Source of the DNA: an uncultured Candidatus Saccharibacteria bacterium
GTDB taxonomy: Bacteria; Patescibacteriota; Minisyncoccia; Phycocordibacterales; JACOZG01
DNA length: 44,525 nucleotides
Direction of reading: 5' to 3'
Assembly (NCBI GenBank): GCA_964648765.1
Contig: CAZYLF010000001.1
Location: 434,107-478,631, forward strand
Shown here: in pieces, positions 18,360 to 26,540 of the stretch
Layout: each line of letters opens with the position of its first letter
Numbering within the stretch: position 1 is the stretch's first letter
Translations under genes and position numbers: made by a program
Notes under the pieces: generated by a model
The model's input: only the letters and a program-made list of their open reading frames with translations
The model's database searches: none
What the model was told of the DNA's origin: nothing

Positions 18360-20300
18360 TTATTTTTGGACAAGCGTGACCGTCCCAGCAATAAACAGTG
18401 TTGTTAAGATCCAGCCAAGTAATATATGTACCGTCAAGTAATGTCGGATGACGAATGAGCCTACAACACGCAATCGCATGTTCGTACCGCTTCCCTTGCT
18501 CGGAAGCCAATAATCTCCTTGTCGCAAGTTTATGACAGGAAGCAACTCATCTAGCGAATAGACGAGAGCGTTAAACGTTGGGTACCGTGACGAAATCCGT
18601 CGATCTCCAGTATTATCGTAAGCCCATCCATGGAGTGGGACAATCAAATCCTGCCGGGAACCTAACGAGAAAATAAGCCAGCCTAGTAACGTCACGCCAA
18701 CCATCCAAAAGACCGCCCACCAGGGCTTGTAACCATAAGCAATCGTCAAATAGAGCACTCTGTCCCAAAACGCCGCTGCCCCGGAGAGCTTCAGGTTGCC
18801 GGCTCGCTCAAGGGCCTTCTCTATACGGATTTCGCGCGCATCGTCGTCCTGGCCTTGTAGGTCAAGTACTGCCGCGAGCTGCTCGAAAGGTTGGGGCTGA
18901 AACGTCGACTGCCTCCTCAGCCAATCGAGTCGGGTGATGTAGTCTCTTGGCGCATTCTCATCAATTGCCATATACTTGAACCCGTCTAGATGCAGCGCCC
19001 CATGCGGAGGCCAGCTTGTTTGGTGATCCCAGAGCGTCCCAACTGCTGCCGACCTTAGATCAAGCGAACACTTTTGCGCCTCTACTACGCCGGCCCAGGT
19101 AAAAACGTGATCGACGAGTGCCCCGGCGAACGATACTCCGCCGTGCGCTTCGAACCCGTTCCGCATGAATGCCGATCCCGAAACAGCTAGTCCATCGGCA
19201 ACGAGGGCGCGCCCGGATCGGCCTGCCTCGAACTTCGCACCACTACAGTCAAGATCTCCGCCAATCTGAGATCCCAATAACGACATCTCACCATGAGAGG
19301 TGAAGCGAGCTTTCGTCGTTGCACTCACCTCTGTCGATCGCAGTAGGACGCTACCGCGAATCTCGCTTCGTGTCAGGTTCAGTGATCCACCATTGATCTG
19401 CCTAAAAACGGCTCCGGTACAGTCAATGCGACCCCCAATCTTACTGTCGGGAAACCGCACCTCACCGTCAACCTCAAACGGATAGACCAATGACATAGAT
19501 CCAGCGATATTCGCTCCGTCGCCGCTGAGCGCAGGATAATCGAGACATTGAAATGCCCCGCCGGTACAATCTAAATTTCCGCCGATTGTTGCCCGAAGAA
19601 ATCGTACTTGGCCTTCTGCGCGGAAACCGTTGCGTAGGAAGACGCTGCCCTTAACATGACTCCCTTCAGCGTTTAGCGCATCTCCGTTCGGGTTTAGCAG
19701 CTGTCCGCCGTCACAGTAAAGCAGGCCGCCGATTTGTGCCGTCGATAAGCGAACACCGCCGGATGAGATAAACCTACCGTTAAGAAAAACGTCATTCTCG
19801 ACCTGGAGACCGTCAGCGATCAGTCCTTTGATTTGCGAGTCTTGTAGGTACAATCCTCGAATCCGAGCTTTCAAAAAGTTCAGATCCTCGTCTACGCAGC
19901 AAGACAATAGTTGAATAGGGAACGGGATTGTCGCGTGCTCCAGATTGATAGCACCGACTATTCGTGCGCCGCGAACATGAATGCCGCGGCAATGAACCTT
20001 TGTAATCGCATCTCTATCAGTGCACAGCCATTCCAAGACTGCTCCATTAAGAACATCGGTCGTCCGGTCGCAAGCACTCTTTGCGGTAGTGTGATCGCCC
20101 ACTCCTTGATCAAAGTCGGCGACTGTTCCTGCACTTACGGCGCGAAGCAGTTTTGAAGTTGGTTCGGGGACTGACCCGAAACGTTGCTCGGCGAGGTCAA
20201 GAAGAGAAGCCAAGTTCGTCGTCTGTGCTTGGACTAATGCGGAGTGCGCAAAAACCGCGAGAACAATGCAGGACCGGCGCAGGAGGTAGCGAAAATCCAT
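18360..20300 (-). CDS. Secreted/membrane protein with ~20 degenerate 20-25-aa repeats (beta-helix-like) and C-terminal TM segments
   Basis: Track ORF 18360..20318 (GTG); ATG at 20300 gives the signal peptide 'MDFRYLLRRSCIVLAVFAHSALVQA'. Recurrent pattern '..G(S/N)(V/L)xLxxxxxxxGxVxxxxAxIGGxLxCxGAxF'. C-terminal hydrophobic segments 'WWAVFWMVGVTLLGWLIFSL' and 'ILLGWILTTLFIAGTVTLV'. Confidence 0.75.
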   Translation of the reverse strand: MDFRYLLRRSCIVLAVFAHSALVQAQTTNLASLLDLAEQRFGSVPEPTSKLLRAVSAGTVADFDQGVGDHTTAKSACDRTTDVLNGAVLEWLCTDRDAITKVHCRGIHVRGARIVGAINLEHATIPFPIQLLSCCVDEDLNFLKARIRGLYLQDSQIKGLIADGLQVENDVFLNGRFISSGGVRLSTAQIGGLLYCDGGQLLNPNGDALNAEGSHVKGSVFLRNGFRAEGQVRFLRATIGGNLDCTGGAFQCLDYPALSGDGANIAGSMSLVYPFEVDGEVRFPDSKIGGRIDCTGAVFRQINGGSLNLTRSEIRGSVLLRSTEVSATTKARFTSHGEMSLLGSQIGGDLDCSGAKFEAGRSGRALVADGLAVSGSAFMRNGFEAHGGVSFAGALVDHVFTWAGVVEAQKCSLDLRSAAVGTLWDHQTSWPPHGALHLDGFKYMAIDENAPRDYITRLDWLRRQSTFQPQPFEQLAAVLDLQGQDDDAREIRIEKALERAGNLKLSGAAAFWDRVLYLTIAYGYKPWWAVFWMVGVTLLGWLIFSLGSRQDLIVPLHGWAYDNTGDRRISSRYPTFNALVYSLDELLPVINLRQGDYWLPSKGSGTNMRLRVVGSFVIRHYLTVHILLGWILTTLFIAGTVTLVQK

Positions 20301-20596
20301 GTTCAACACCGCTTCCACTCAAAATGTCTAATGCTAAATCTGCCACCCAGCTCTTTGCGGCTGTAATTGAGTACCAAATGCGACTCCGCCTCAACAGCGT
20401 GCGATGGCCGTGTTTGTCGGTCGCTTAACTGATTTGTCCAGATAGTGTAGTCTGTCTCAGGATGCCAACCATTCGCTGGATTTGTTATTCGTCGCAACTG
20501 AACCCGGACCAAAGCCGACCATTACACTGAGCCCAGAAGATGAGATCGTCAACCTCTTCAGAACTATTTAGGAAGTCGCTCCGCCTGTGCCGAAAA

Positions 20597-21334
20597 TTAC
20601 TGCGGACATGGGTGTTGACGCCGCCATCTTACGAAGGAAACAGCAATAATGGGAAATGCCAGTAATAAGGCAGTCGAGGGTTCCGGTACGGAATATATGT
20701 ACGTTAATTCTACGGGCGACAGTAACAGTATCGGAAACGAAGTAACAGCGAAGGCTCCGTTCGAGATTGTAGCCTGCGTATGAAAGTCTATAAACATGGG
20801 CAATATTACACTTCCGAGTCCAATGTATGCTGTGTGATGATCAATGGGCACGGATGTTAAATGCCCCAATAATTCATCAGTGCCAACGTCGAACACGAAC
20901 GGATTGGGGCTCGAAATTGGAGTAATTGTGTTATCTATGTGGGCTTTACAAGTAGTTGATACGGTTCCGGACGCATCAAACAGCTCCGCAATAATCGAAG
21001 AGTTGATATTGAGTCCAGCGATGTTGAAAGGGGGTGCTTGGTCATTCTGAAAAATGACTTCGGCGAGTAATCCTGCGGCACCGGCAAAGCCAAATCGGAC
21101 ATCTTCTAGGACTCCTAAAGCAGGATCAAATTGCGGATAGGAAAAATCGATGCGCAGGGAATTATCCCAAGTAAGAGTAGTTGACGTCGATTGTGACAGT
21201 GATCCGCCCACCTTTGTCCCTTGTGAGAACGGCTGCGGACCAAAAGTGCTGGTGTACGTGATCGAATCTGCCATAGTCCCAGGACTCATTAGTGCTATCA
21301 GGATTATGGTTCTGGTAATGCTCGTAGATGACAT
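20597..21334 (-). CDS. PEP-CTERM sorting-signal protein
   Basis: C-terminal 'VPEPSTALLLAFPIIAVSFVRWRRQ' is a canonical PEP-CTERM motif with TM and basic tail. ATG at 21334 gives the signal-like 'MSSTSITRTIILIALMSPGTMA'. The track ORF extends to 21379. Confidence 0.75.
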   Translation of the reverse strand: MSSTSITRTIILIALMSPGTMADSITYTSTFGPQPFSQGTKVGGSLSQSTSTTLTWDNSLRIDFSYPQFDPALGVLEDVRFGFAGAAGLLAEVIFQNDQAPPFNIAGLNINSSIIAELFDASGTVSTTCKAHIDNTITPISSPNPFVFDVGTDELLGHLTSVPIDHHTAYIGLGSVILPMFIDFHTQATISNGAFAVTSFPILLLSPVELTYIYSVPEPSTALLLAFPIIAVSFVRWRRQHPCPQ

Positions 21335-21591
21335 ATCTGTTTTCCTCTCGGAGGCACTAATAATACGAAATTGGCGCATACATACGCGATATCGTGCGCA
21401 ATAACGAACGCGTCAATGCGTAAAAGACCATCAACGGAATCAGGACGCAACGACGCGCCCAATACCACTATGCCACCTAAGCCGATCCGGAGACGCTAAA
21501 TAGCAAGAAATGGTTGCAGAGCAGTGTTGTGAAATGCCACTTGCCGGGCCATATTGCGGCCGAGACCACAGGCACACTTGAGAATGCGAAG

Positions 21592-21617
21592 CCCCCGTGT
21601 GAGCGAACACACGGGGG
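21592..21617 (-). terminator. GC-rich hairpin just downstream of the Cys-rich gene (weak U-tract)
   Basis: ccccc gtgtg-agcgaa-cacac ggggg, a 10-bp stem, 30 nt after the stop at 21647. No clear T-run. Confidence 0.3.
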
Positions 21618-21646
21618 GCGAGAGCACGACCAATAAGCGGCGGGGC

Positions 21647-22018
21647 CTAAAGCGGTAAGCCAATCCAGAATACAACGGGATGGTCGGCGCCCTCGCTTCC
21701 CACGCGCGGCCCAATCGGGGACGTGGGATGTGGCGCTGGATCCTCTGCCCGTACGCAACTACCTTCACAGAACCACGGTGCGCATTCACCGACGATTGTC
21801 ACGCATTCGTTGTCGATGAGGCAGTCTGTAAGCATTCCGCATTGAATGGTCCCTCCTTCCGCGCAGGAGCTGTAGGGACAATTATCGCAGTCAGGGACTG
21901 CATAACAGGTGAGGTTATTGGGATTGCAGCAAGACCCATTAGGAATTGCGAGCACGGTTCCCGCTGGGAACTGCGACAACGCAAGCACAATCATGGATCC
22001 CTTCAAGTTTCGCATCAT
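21647..22018 (-). CDS. Small secreted cysteine-rich protein, paralog A
   Basis: 'CCNPNNLTCYAVPDCDNCPYSSCAEGGTIQCGMLTDCLIDNECVTIVGECAPWFCEGSCV' aligns Cys-for-Cys with the neighbouring gene. Start chosen at the ATG 6 nt after GGAGA; the track ORF starts at 22057. Confidence 0.6.
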   Translation of the reverse strand: MMRNLKGSMIVLALSQFPAGTVLAIPNGSCCNPNNLTCYAVPDCDNCPYSSCAEGGTIQCGMLTDCLIDNECVTIVGECAPWFCEGSCVRAEDPAPHPTSPIGPRVGSEGADHPVVFWIGLPL

Positions 22019-22091
22019 GCGCATTCTCCAAAAAGATGCCTTCAAATTGACGGACAAACGGATGGCCGACTTTCAATATTTGACCAGGAGC

Positions 22092-22532
22092 TTAGGCCCG
22101 GCGACGGAGCGCCAGCGGGATACACGGCAAAGCCAAAACGGCTGGTATCGCCAAGATCCATGTGGGGAATTGGTTAGATTCCGGTTCGATCACAGGGGCG
22201 GGGATGCTCCCAACCAGAGCGTCGTTCTCACACGGAATGCCGGTGATGGGGTCGACATCCGGGTCATTGCCAGAGACACAGCTTCCTTCACAGAGGTCCG
22301 AGCATGCATAGGGAATTGTCTCGCAAACACTGTCGATGAGGCAATCAGTGTAGATCCCGCACGGGTGCGTGCCACCTTCCTCACAGGTCATCCACGGACA
22401 CATAAAGCAACTGTGGACTGGGTAGCATGTGAGGGTCGTTGGATCGCAGCACCCGCCAAGAGCGAAAGCATTGTTTTCGGCCACATGCGCGAAAGATATA
22501 CCCATCACCAATACCAACAGGTTTCGCTTCAT
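22092..22532 (-). CDS. Small secreted cysteine-rich protein, paralog B, with PEP-CTERM-like C-terminal anchor
   Basis: 'CCDPTTLTCYPVHSCFMCPWMTCEEGGTHPCGIYTDCLIDSVCETIPYACSDLCEGSCV'. Signal peptide 'MKRNLLVLVMGISFAHVAENNAFA' from the ATG at 22532 (SD gggaga). Tail 'EPESNQFPTWILAIPAVLALPCIPLALRRRA'. Confidence 0.65.
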   Translation of the reverse strand: MKRNLLVLVMGISFAHVAENNAFALGGCCDPTTLTCYPVHSCFMCPWMTCEEGGTHPCGIYTDCLIDSVCETIPYACSDLCEGSCVSGNDPDVDPITGIPCENDALVGSIPAPVIEPESNQFPTWILAIPAVLALPCIPLALRRRA

Positions 22533-22976
22533 ACATGTTCTCCCAAATTCGAGGCCTCCGAATTGGCAGTCGACGCGGCCGCCAACGATAAATGACAGGA
22601 TTCCCATTAACTTGCATGCCACCAGCCAGTAAATGGGGACAAAAGCTTTTAGTTTTTTCAGATTATTTTAGACTCTCATAGATCGGGGCAATTACGGACA
22701 AGCATTCCAGTGAATCAAAGCACCGCGAGCGGAGTGGTTCGATTCGAGTTGGGCGGGGGAGAGACCCAAACCCGCCTGTCACTCATTCAGAGTATTCCTA
22801 GACCCACTTTTAGCCTCGGGAATCAGTACCCCATGCAGCAATGGTCGTCTCCATGGTGACGACCGGGGGACACACTGCAAACAGACTGGGCAAGTTGCCG
22901 CGCACTCCAAATGTTGATGTCTTTGAACCGATACGACCTGTGCCAAACTAATGGCGGCGTTGGATGACGCTTCACC

Positions 22977-23156
22977 ATGAAATTTGACGACGCGGACTTG
23001 CAGGAATTTCAGAACTTGTATGAAGGGGCCTACGGTGAGAAACTCACGGAAGCTGAAGCCCGGAGAATGGCATCTGCCTTGATGACGATCTACGAGCGCT
23101 TTGGCAATGCACGGCCCATCCAGCCACCAAAGGCTGGTTCCGTCAGGCGGCCTTGA
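22977..23156 (+). CDS. Possible small protein (59 aa), below the ORF-track cutoff
   Basis: My translation: MKFDDADLQEFQNLYEGAYGEKLTEAEARRMASALMTIYERFGNARPIQPPKAGSVRRP*. It reads as a plausible helical protein. It competes with minus-strand track ORF 22779..23165. Confidence 0.35.
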   Translation: MKFDDADLQEFQNLYEGAYGEKLTEAEARRMASALMTIYERFGNARPIQPPKAGSVRRP

Positions 23157-23278
23157 GTCGTTCATCTAGCGCCTGGCCAAGTTCAGTGATACGCTTAATC
23201 CGACGTAGAGTTTCTTCACTTTCCGGAGAGTAGATTCGTTCGAGAAGGGTTCGAACGTCCTCCCCGACCCCGCATATT

Positions 23279-23352
23279 GGGCCTATAGTAAAGTGGTATT
23301 ATGCGGCATTCGCATTGCCGAGGCGCGAGTTCGATTCTCGCTAGGTCCACCA
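23279..23352 (+). tRNA. tRNA-Ala (anticodon CGC), CCA encoded
   Basis: Hand-folded cloverleaf. Acceptor GGGCCTA/TAGGTCC with the G3:U70 alanine identity pair. D-stem GTAA/TTAT with GG in the loop. Anticodon stem CGGCA/TGCCG, loop TTCGCAT. T-arm GCGAG-TTCGATT-CTCGC. Discriminator A, then CCA. Confidence 0.9.
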
Positions 23353-23430
23353 CTTGCAAGTGTGGGGTTATGAGTGATAGGGTGGGAAAGGAATTGGTAT
23401 TTTAAAACAAAAACAGAAAGCGAGGTAATA

Positions 23431-24114
23431 ATGGATAAAGGTCAGCGGCTTGTAATGTACGCGCTTTCGCGCGGGGCATTTGGGTTTGATGAGGAGGGTT
23501 ATCGTCTAAAAAGCGGAGGACCACTTTCTCCGTATTTTTTCATTAGTAAGCATTTAAACGGTGGCGGTGATCTTGAAGTACTTACGGATCTCTATGCTGA
23601 AACAATCGGACCAGATTTAGTATCTGATTGTGACGGAGTGATTGGGCCACCAATGGCAGGCACTATGTTAGCTGGCCCAGTGGTGATGGGTTTGTACCGC
23701 AGATATAATTCTTCAGATGATTTCTGCTACTACTCTTATCGCAGAAGTCCAAAATTGCACGGAGAGAAGGGTGTCATCACTGGAGGATCTATCAAAGGTA
23801 AAAGGTTAATTCAGATTGATGACACCTTTACCTTGGGGACAAGTTTTGCGGAGTCGATTGATGTGGTCAACCAACACGGTGGTGAATCTTTTGTCGGTAT
23901 TGTGGCCTTTGATCGACGTGAGCGGGGTCTTGATCCTACAAAGTCTAGGGGGATGGAGTTCACGGAAAAGCATAAAATGCACATAATCTCCATCGCTAAC
24001 GTAAATGATCTGGTATGGTGTCTCTCTCAGAAATCACTCAAACTTGATGGGAGAGAAGAAATTCTCAAGAGAGTGGAGGATTATCGACAAGCCAATTGTT
24101 ATCTTGGAGCTTGA
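23431..24114 (+). CDS. pyrE: Orotate phosphoribosyltransferase-like PRTase
   Basis: 'YRLKSGGPLSPYFF', 'KLHGEKGVITGG', and PRPP loop 'RLIQIDDTFTLGTS'. ATG at 23431 after GAGGT; the track ORF starts at 23374. Confidence 0.7.
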   Translation: MDKGQRLVMYALSRGAFGFDEEGYRLKSGGPLSPYFFISKHLNGGGDLEVLTDLYAETIGPDLVSDCDGVIGPPMAGTMLAGPVVMGLYRRYNSSDDFCYYSYRRSPKLHGEKGVITGGSIKGKRLIQIDDTFTLGTSFAESIDVVNQHGGESFVGIVAFDRRERGLDPTKSRGMEFTEKHKMHIISIANVNDLVWCLSQKSLKLDGREEILKRVEDYRQANCYLGA

Positions 24115-24122
24115 GTTCAACT

Positions 24123-24156
24123 TCGCGGGTGCGCACATGCACCCGCGATTTTTTTT
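24123..24156 (+). terminator. Rho-independent terminator
   Basis: tcgcgggtgc-gcacat-gcacccgcga (10-bp stem) followed by eight T. Confidence 0.8.
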
Positions 24157-24171
24157 GTTATACTCAAAATT

Positions 24172-24744
24172 ATGAAAACGAAAGTAAGGTGCGCCTGGGT
24201 GCCGGCGGGGAATGAGCTGTATGAGAAGTACCACGATGAGGAGTGGGGTGTGCCGGTGCGGGATGATCAGAAGATTTTTGAATTCTTGGTGCTTGAGAGC
24301 GCGCAGGCGGGTTTGAGTTGGCTTACGGTTTTGCGCAAACGTGAGAATTATCGCAAAGCATTTAAAAACTTTAATTATAAAGTTATTGCCAAATGGGGAG
24401 AGAGGGAGATTGAAGAATTACTTAAAGATGCCGGGATAATCCGAAATCGCGCAAAGGTAAGTGCAGCGATAAATAATGCTAAAAGGTTTTTGGAAGTTCA
24501 GAAGGAGTTTGGAACTTTTGCTAAATATATTTGGAGTTTTGTAAAAGGCAAAACGATAGTAAATATAAGAAAGAGTTTAAAAGATTTACCAGCTAAAACG
24601 GAAATTTCTGATCGGTTAGCGCTTGATTTGAAAAAGAGGGGATTTAAATTTTTAGGTTCAACGGTGATCTACGCGCATATGCAAGCCACGGGGATGGTGG
24701 ATGATCATCTGTTGAGTTGTTTCAGAAAAAAAGAAAAGCGGTAG
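24172..24744 (+). CDS. tag: DNA-3-methyladenine glycosylase I
   Basis: 'CAWV..NELYEKYHDEEWGVPVRDDQKIFEFLVLESAQAGLSWLTVLRKRENYRKAF' and 'KKRGFKFLGSTVIYAHMQATGMVDDH' closely track E. coli Tag. Confidence 0.9.
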   Translation: MKTKVRCAWVPAGNELYEKYHDEEWGVPVRDDQKIFEFLVLESAQAGLSWLTVLRKRENYRKAFKNFNYKVIAKWGEREIEELLKDAGIIRNRAKVSAAINNAKRFLEVQKEFGTFAKYIWSFVKGKTIVNIRKSLKDLPAKTEISDRLALDLKKRGFKFLGSTVIYAHMQATGMVDDHLLSCFRKKEKR

Positions 24745-24780
24745 TCAATCAAATGACTACCGCCTGCTTCTTTCCTTTTG
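24738..24780 (+). terminator. Hairpin overlapping the tag stop codon, followed by a T-rich tract
   Basis: gcggtagtc-aatcaaat-gactaccgc (9-bp stem), then ctgcttctttcctttt. Confidence 0.4.
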
Positions 24781-24783
24781 GTA

Positions 24784-24951
24784 CTACCGTTGCTGCGCTC
24801 CCGTCGGGGCAGTATTGCGCTTCACGATACGTTCCTTACGTTGCTGGCGCAACTCGTTCGCCCGACGTTCCCGTTCGATCTTGTTCATCTGTGACCAGAA
24901 CTGGTTTCCATACGCCTCGGTTGTTTTGGGGTACTGTGAGACAACTGCCAT
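24784..24951 (-). CDS. Small basic hypothetical protein (55 aa), locally GC-rich
   Basis: ATG at 24951 is preceded by AAGGAG with 8-nt spacing. Sequence: MAVVSQYPKTTEAYGNQFWSQMNKIERERRANELRQQRKERIVKRNTAPTGAQQR. The track ORF extends to 25005. Confidence 0.45.
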   Translation of the reverse strand: MAVVSQYPKTTEAYGNQFWSQMNKIERERRANELRQQRKERIVKRNTAPTGAQQR

Positions 24952-25020
24952 GACCACTTCTCCTTCTAGACGTGTTTGCTGTGGCAAGACCGACCGCTCG
25001 ATCAATACCCCAGCTTCCGA

Positions 25021-25090
25021 GTGCTAGCATAGCACAATCATGTATAAATGTCAATACTAATATTGACAAACTACTATTTCGCCGTATTAT
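25021..25090. promoter_or_regulatory. Back-to-back divergent sigma70-like promoters sharing a palindromic -35 region
   Basis: Palindrome tgtcaatactaatattgaca (25049-25068) contains TTGACA on both strands. Minus strand: TTGACA-N17-TATGCT (-10 at 25026-25031). Plus strand: TTGACA (25063-25068)-N16-TATTAT (25085-25090). A second inverted repeat, gtgcta-gca-tagcac, lies at 25021-25035. Confidence 0.5.
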
Positions 25091-25136
25091 GGCTATAGTT
25101 CGATCTTTTTTAAACCCAAGAAAGGAGGTGATAAAA

Positions 25137-25337
25137 ATGTTAAAACCTGGGATCGACTACGTGACACTTTTGATGAAAGTTTTTTATGATAAGAAACGGA
25201 GCTTATCAAAAACAGAAAAAAGTGATTACGACAACATGACAGAAGCGGAACGGCGAGTGGTGTGGGAGGGAGAATGTGTAGCTTTGGTCAACGGAAGGAA
25301 ATCTCATGGCGCAATTAGGGAAGCAAGCAGATCATAA
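25137..25337 (+). CDS. Small hypothetical protein (66 aa)
   Basis: ATG at 25137 is preceded by AAAGGAGGTG. Sequence: MLKPGIDYVTLLMKVFYDKKRSLSKTEKSDYDNMTEAERRVVWEGECVALVNGRKSHGAIREASRS. The track ORF starts at 24972. Confidence 0.5.
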   Translation: MLKPGIDYVTLLMKVFYDKKRSLSKTEKSDYDNMTEAERRVVWEGECVALVNGRKSHGAIREASRS

Positions 25338-25402
25338 ATATCATTTTTATCAAACATACCGCCGATTTACTGTGGCACTCGGCGGTATTGTTTATTTTTA
25401 AT

Positions 25403-26095
25403 ATGAAATGGCATCGATTTTTAATAGACGATAATCTGGATTCTCAAGTTGTAAGAATCACAAATAAAGACTTGGTTCACCAATGGCGCTCGGTGCTCCG
25501 CTTTAGTGTGTGCGATAAACTAATTTTGTTTAATAAAAGTGGGGTAGAAGTAAAAGCTGAAATTAAAAGTATTAATAATGAATTGGTGGAATTGAGTATA
25601 ATTGAAAAGCTCGAGCAAAATAAAGTTAGTGGCCGCCAAGTGCATTTATATTTAGCTTTAATTAAGCAAAGTAATTTTGAGTTAGCAGTAGAAAAGGCAA
25701 CTGAAGTGGGTGTGGCTAGTATTACGCCCTTACTAACCGAGCGCACAGTAAAGCTCGGTTTTAAGCGCGAGCGTTTGGAACGTATTATTAAAGAAGCGAG
25801 TGAGCAAAGCGGCCGCACCAATGTGCCAGTGCTTAATGAGCCAATTAAACTTGCTGACGCGATTACTCAATCTAAAACAGTAGGTTTGGTAATTTTTTAC
25901 GACCCAAGTGGTAAAGATCAGACCACGGACGCAAATTTCCGAACTAGCATTTTTATCGGTCCTGAGGGTGGTTGGTCGCCCAGTGAATTAATTTTAGCAA
26001 AAGAGCATAGTGTGCAAATTGCCAATCTTGGGCACACAATTTTGCGCGCTGAAACGGCTGCAATCGTGGCAAGCTATTGGCAAGTTAACTTGTGA
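25403..26095 (+). CDS. rsmE: 16S rRNA (uracil1498-N3)-methyltransferase
   Basis: 'MKWHRFLID', 'HQWRSVLRF', 'ALIKQSNFELAVEKATEVGV', 'GPEGGWSPSE', 'LGHTILRAETAAI'. The alternative TTG start at 25388 is the one in the track. Confidence 0.85.
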   Translation: MKWHRFLIDDNLDSQVVRITNKDLVHQWRSVLRFSVCDKLILFNKSGVEVKAEIKSINNELVELSIIEKLEQNKVSGRQVHLYLALIKQSNFELAVEKATEVGVASITPLLTERTVKLGFKRERLERIIKEASEQSGRTNVPVLNEPIKLADAITQSKTVGLVIFYDPSGKDQTTDANFRTSIFIGPEGGWSPSELILAKEHSVQIANLGHTILRAETAAIVASYWQVNL

Positions 26096-26144
26096 GAGTT
26101 ATAATTACGTCATTATTATTAGGTCTTACTTATCAAAATAATTT

Positions 26145-26534
26145 ATGACGGCAATATTAAGTAAAAATTGGAAGAGTCCAGACTTGGCACTTTTATTATT
26201 AAGAATCGCGCTTGGTGTGATTTTTATCGCTCATGGTTGGGATAAAATTCAAAACATGCAAGCCACAATTGGATTTTTTGCGACGCTTGGTTTTGGTTCG
26301 TTTGTTGCGTATCTTGTGGCATATGTAGAATTCTTAGGTGGTTTAGCGGTATTACTCGGCGTGGCTATGAGGCAAGCAACCTTGGCTTTAGCAATTGTGA
26401 TGGTGTTTGCAATTTATTTGGTAAAAGCTTATAAAGGATTATTGGGAGGTTACGAAATTGATTTAATGCTCTTGGCTACCGCTTTGGCACTCGCCATACT
26501 TGGACCGGGCAAATGGCGCATTCTCTCAAAATAA
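26145..26534 (+). CDS. DoxX-family membrane protein
   Basis: 'LALLLLRIALGVIFIAHGWDKI', four hydrophobic helices, 129 aa. Confidence 0.8.
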   Translation: MTAILSKNWKSPDLALLLLRIALGVIFIAHGWDKIQNMQATIGFFATLGFGSFVAYLVAYVEFLGGLAVLLGVAMRQATLALAIVMVFAIYLVKAYKGLLGGYEIDLMLLATALALAILGPGKWRILSK

Positions 26535-26540
26535 TTTTGA

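Noticed and set aside
21680-22595. Plus-strand ORFs of 165 aa and 228 aa
   Set aside because: They lie antisense to the two Cys-rich paralogs. Those paralogs have signal peptides, SD sites and a conserved Cys scaffold shared between them. The plus-strand translations have no such support.
22779-23165. Minus-strand 128-aa ORF
   Set aside because: No SD or recognisable motif. It overlaps a more protein-like 59-aa plus-strand ORF. Both remain low confidence.
23241-23262. T-arm-like string 'gggttcgaacgtcc' upstream of tRNA-Ala as a possible att duplication
   Set aside because: It does not match the T-arm or 3' end of the adjacent tRNA-Ala (gcgagttcgattctcgc), so it is not a tRNA-target duplication.
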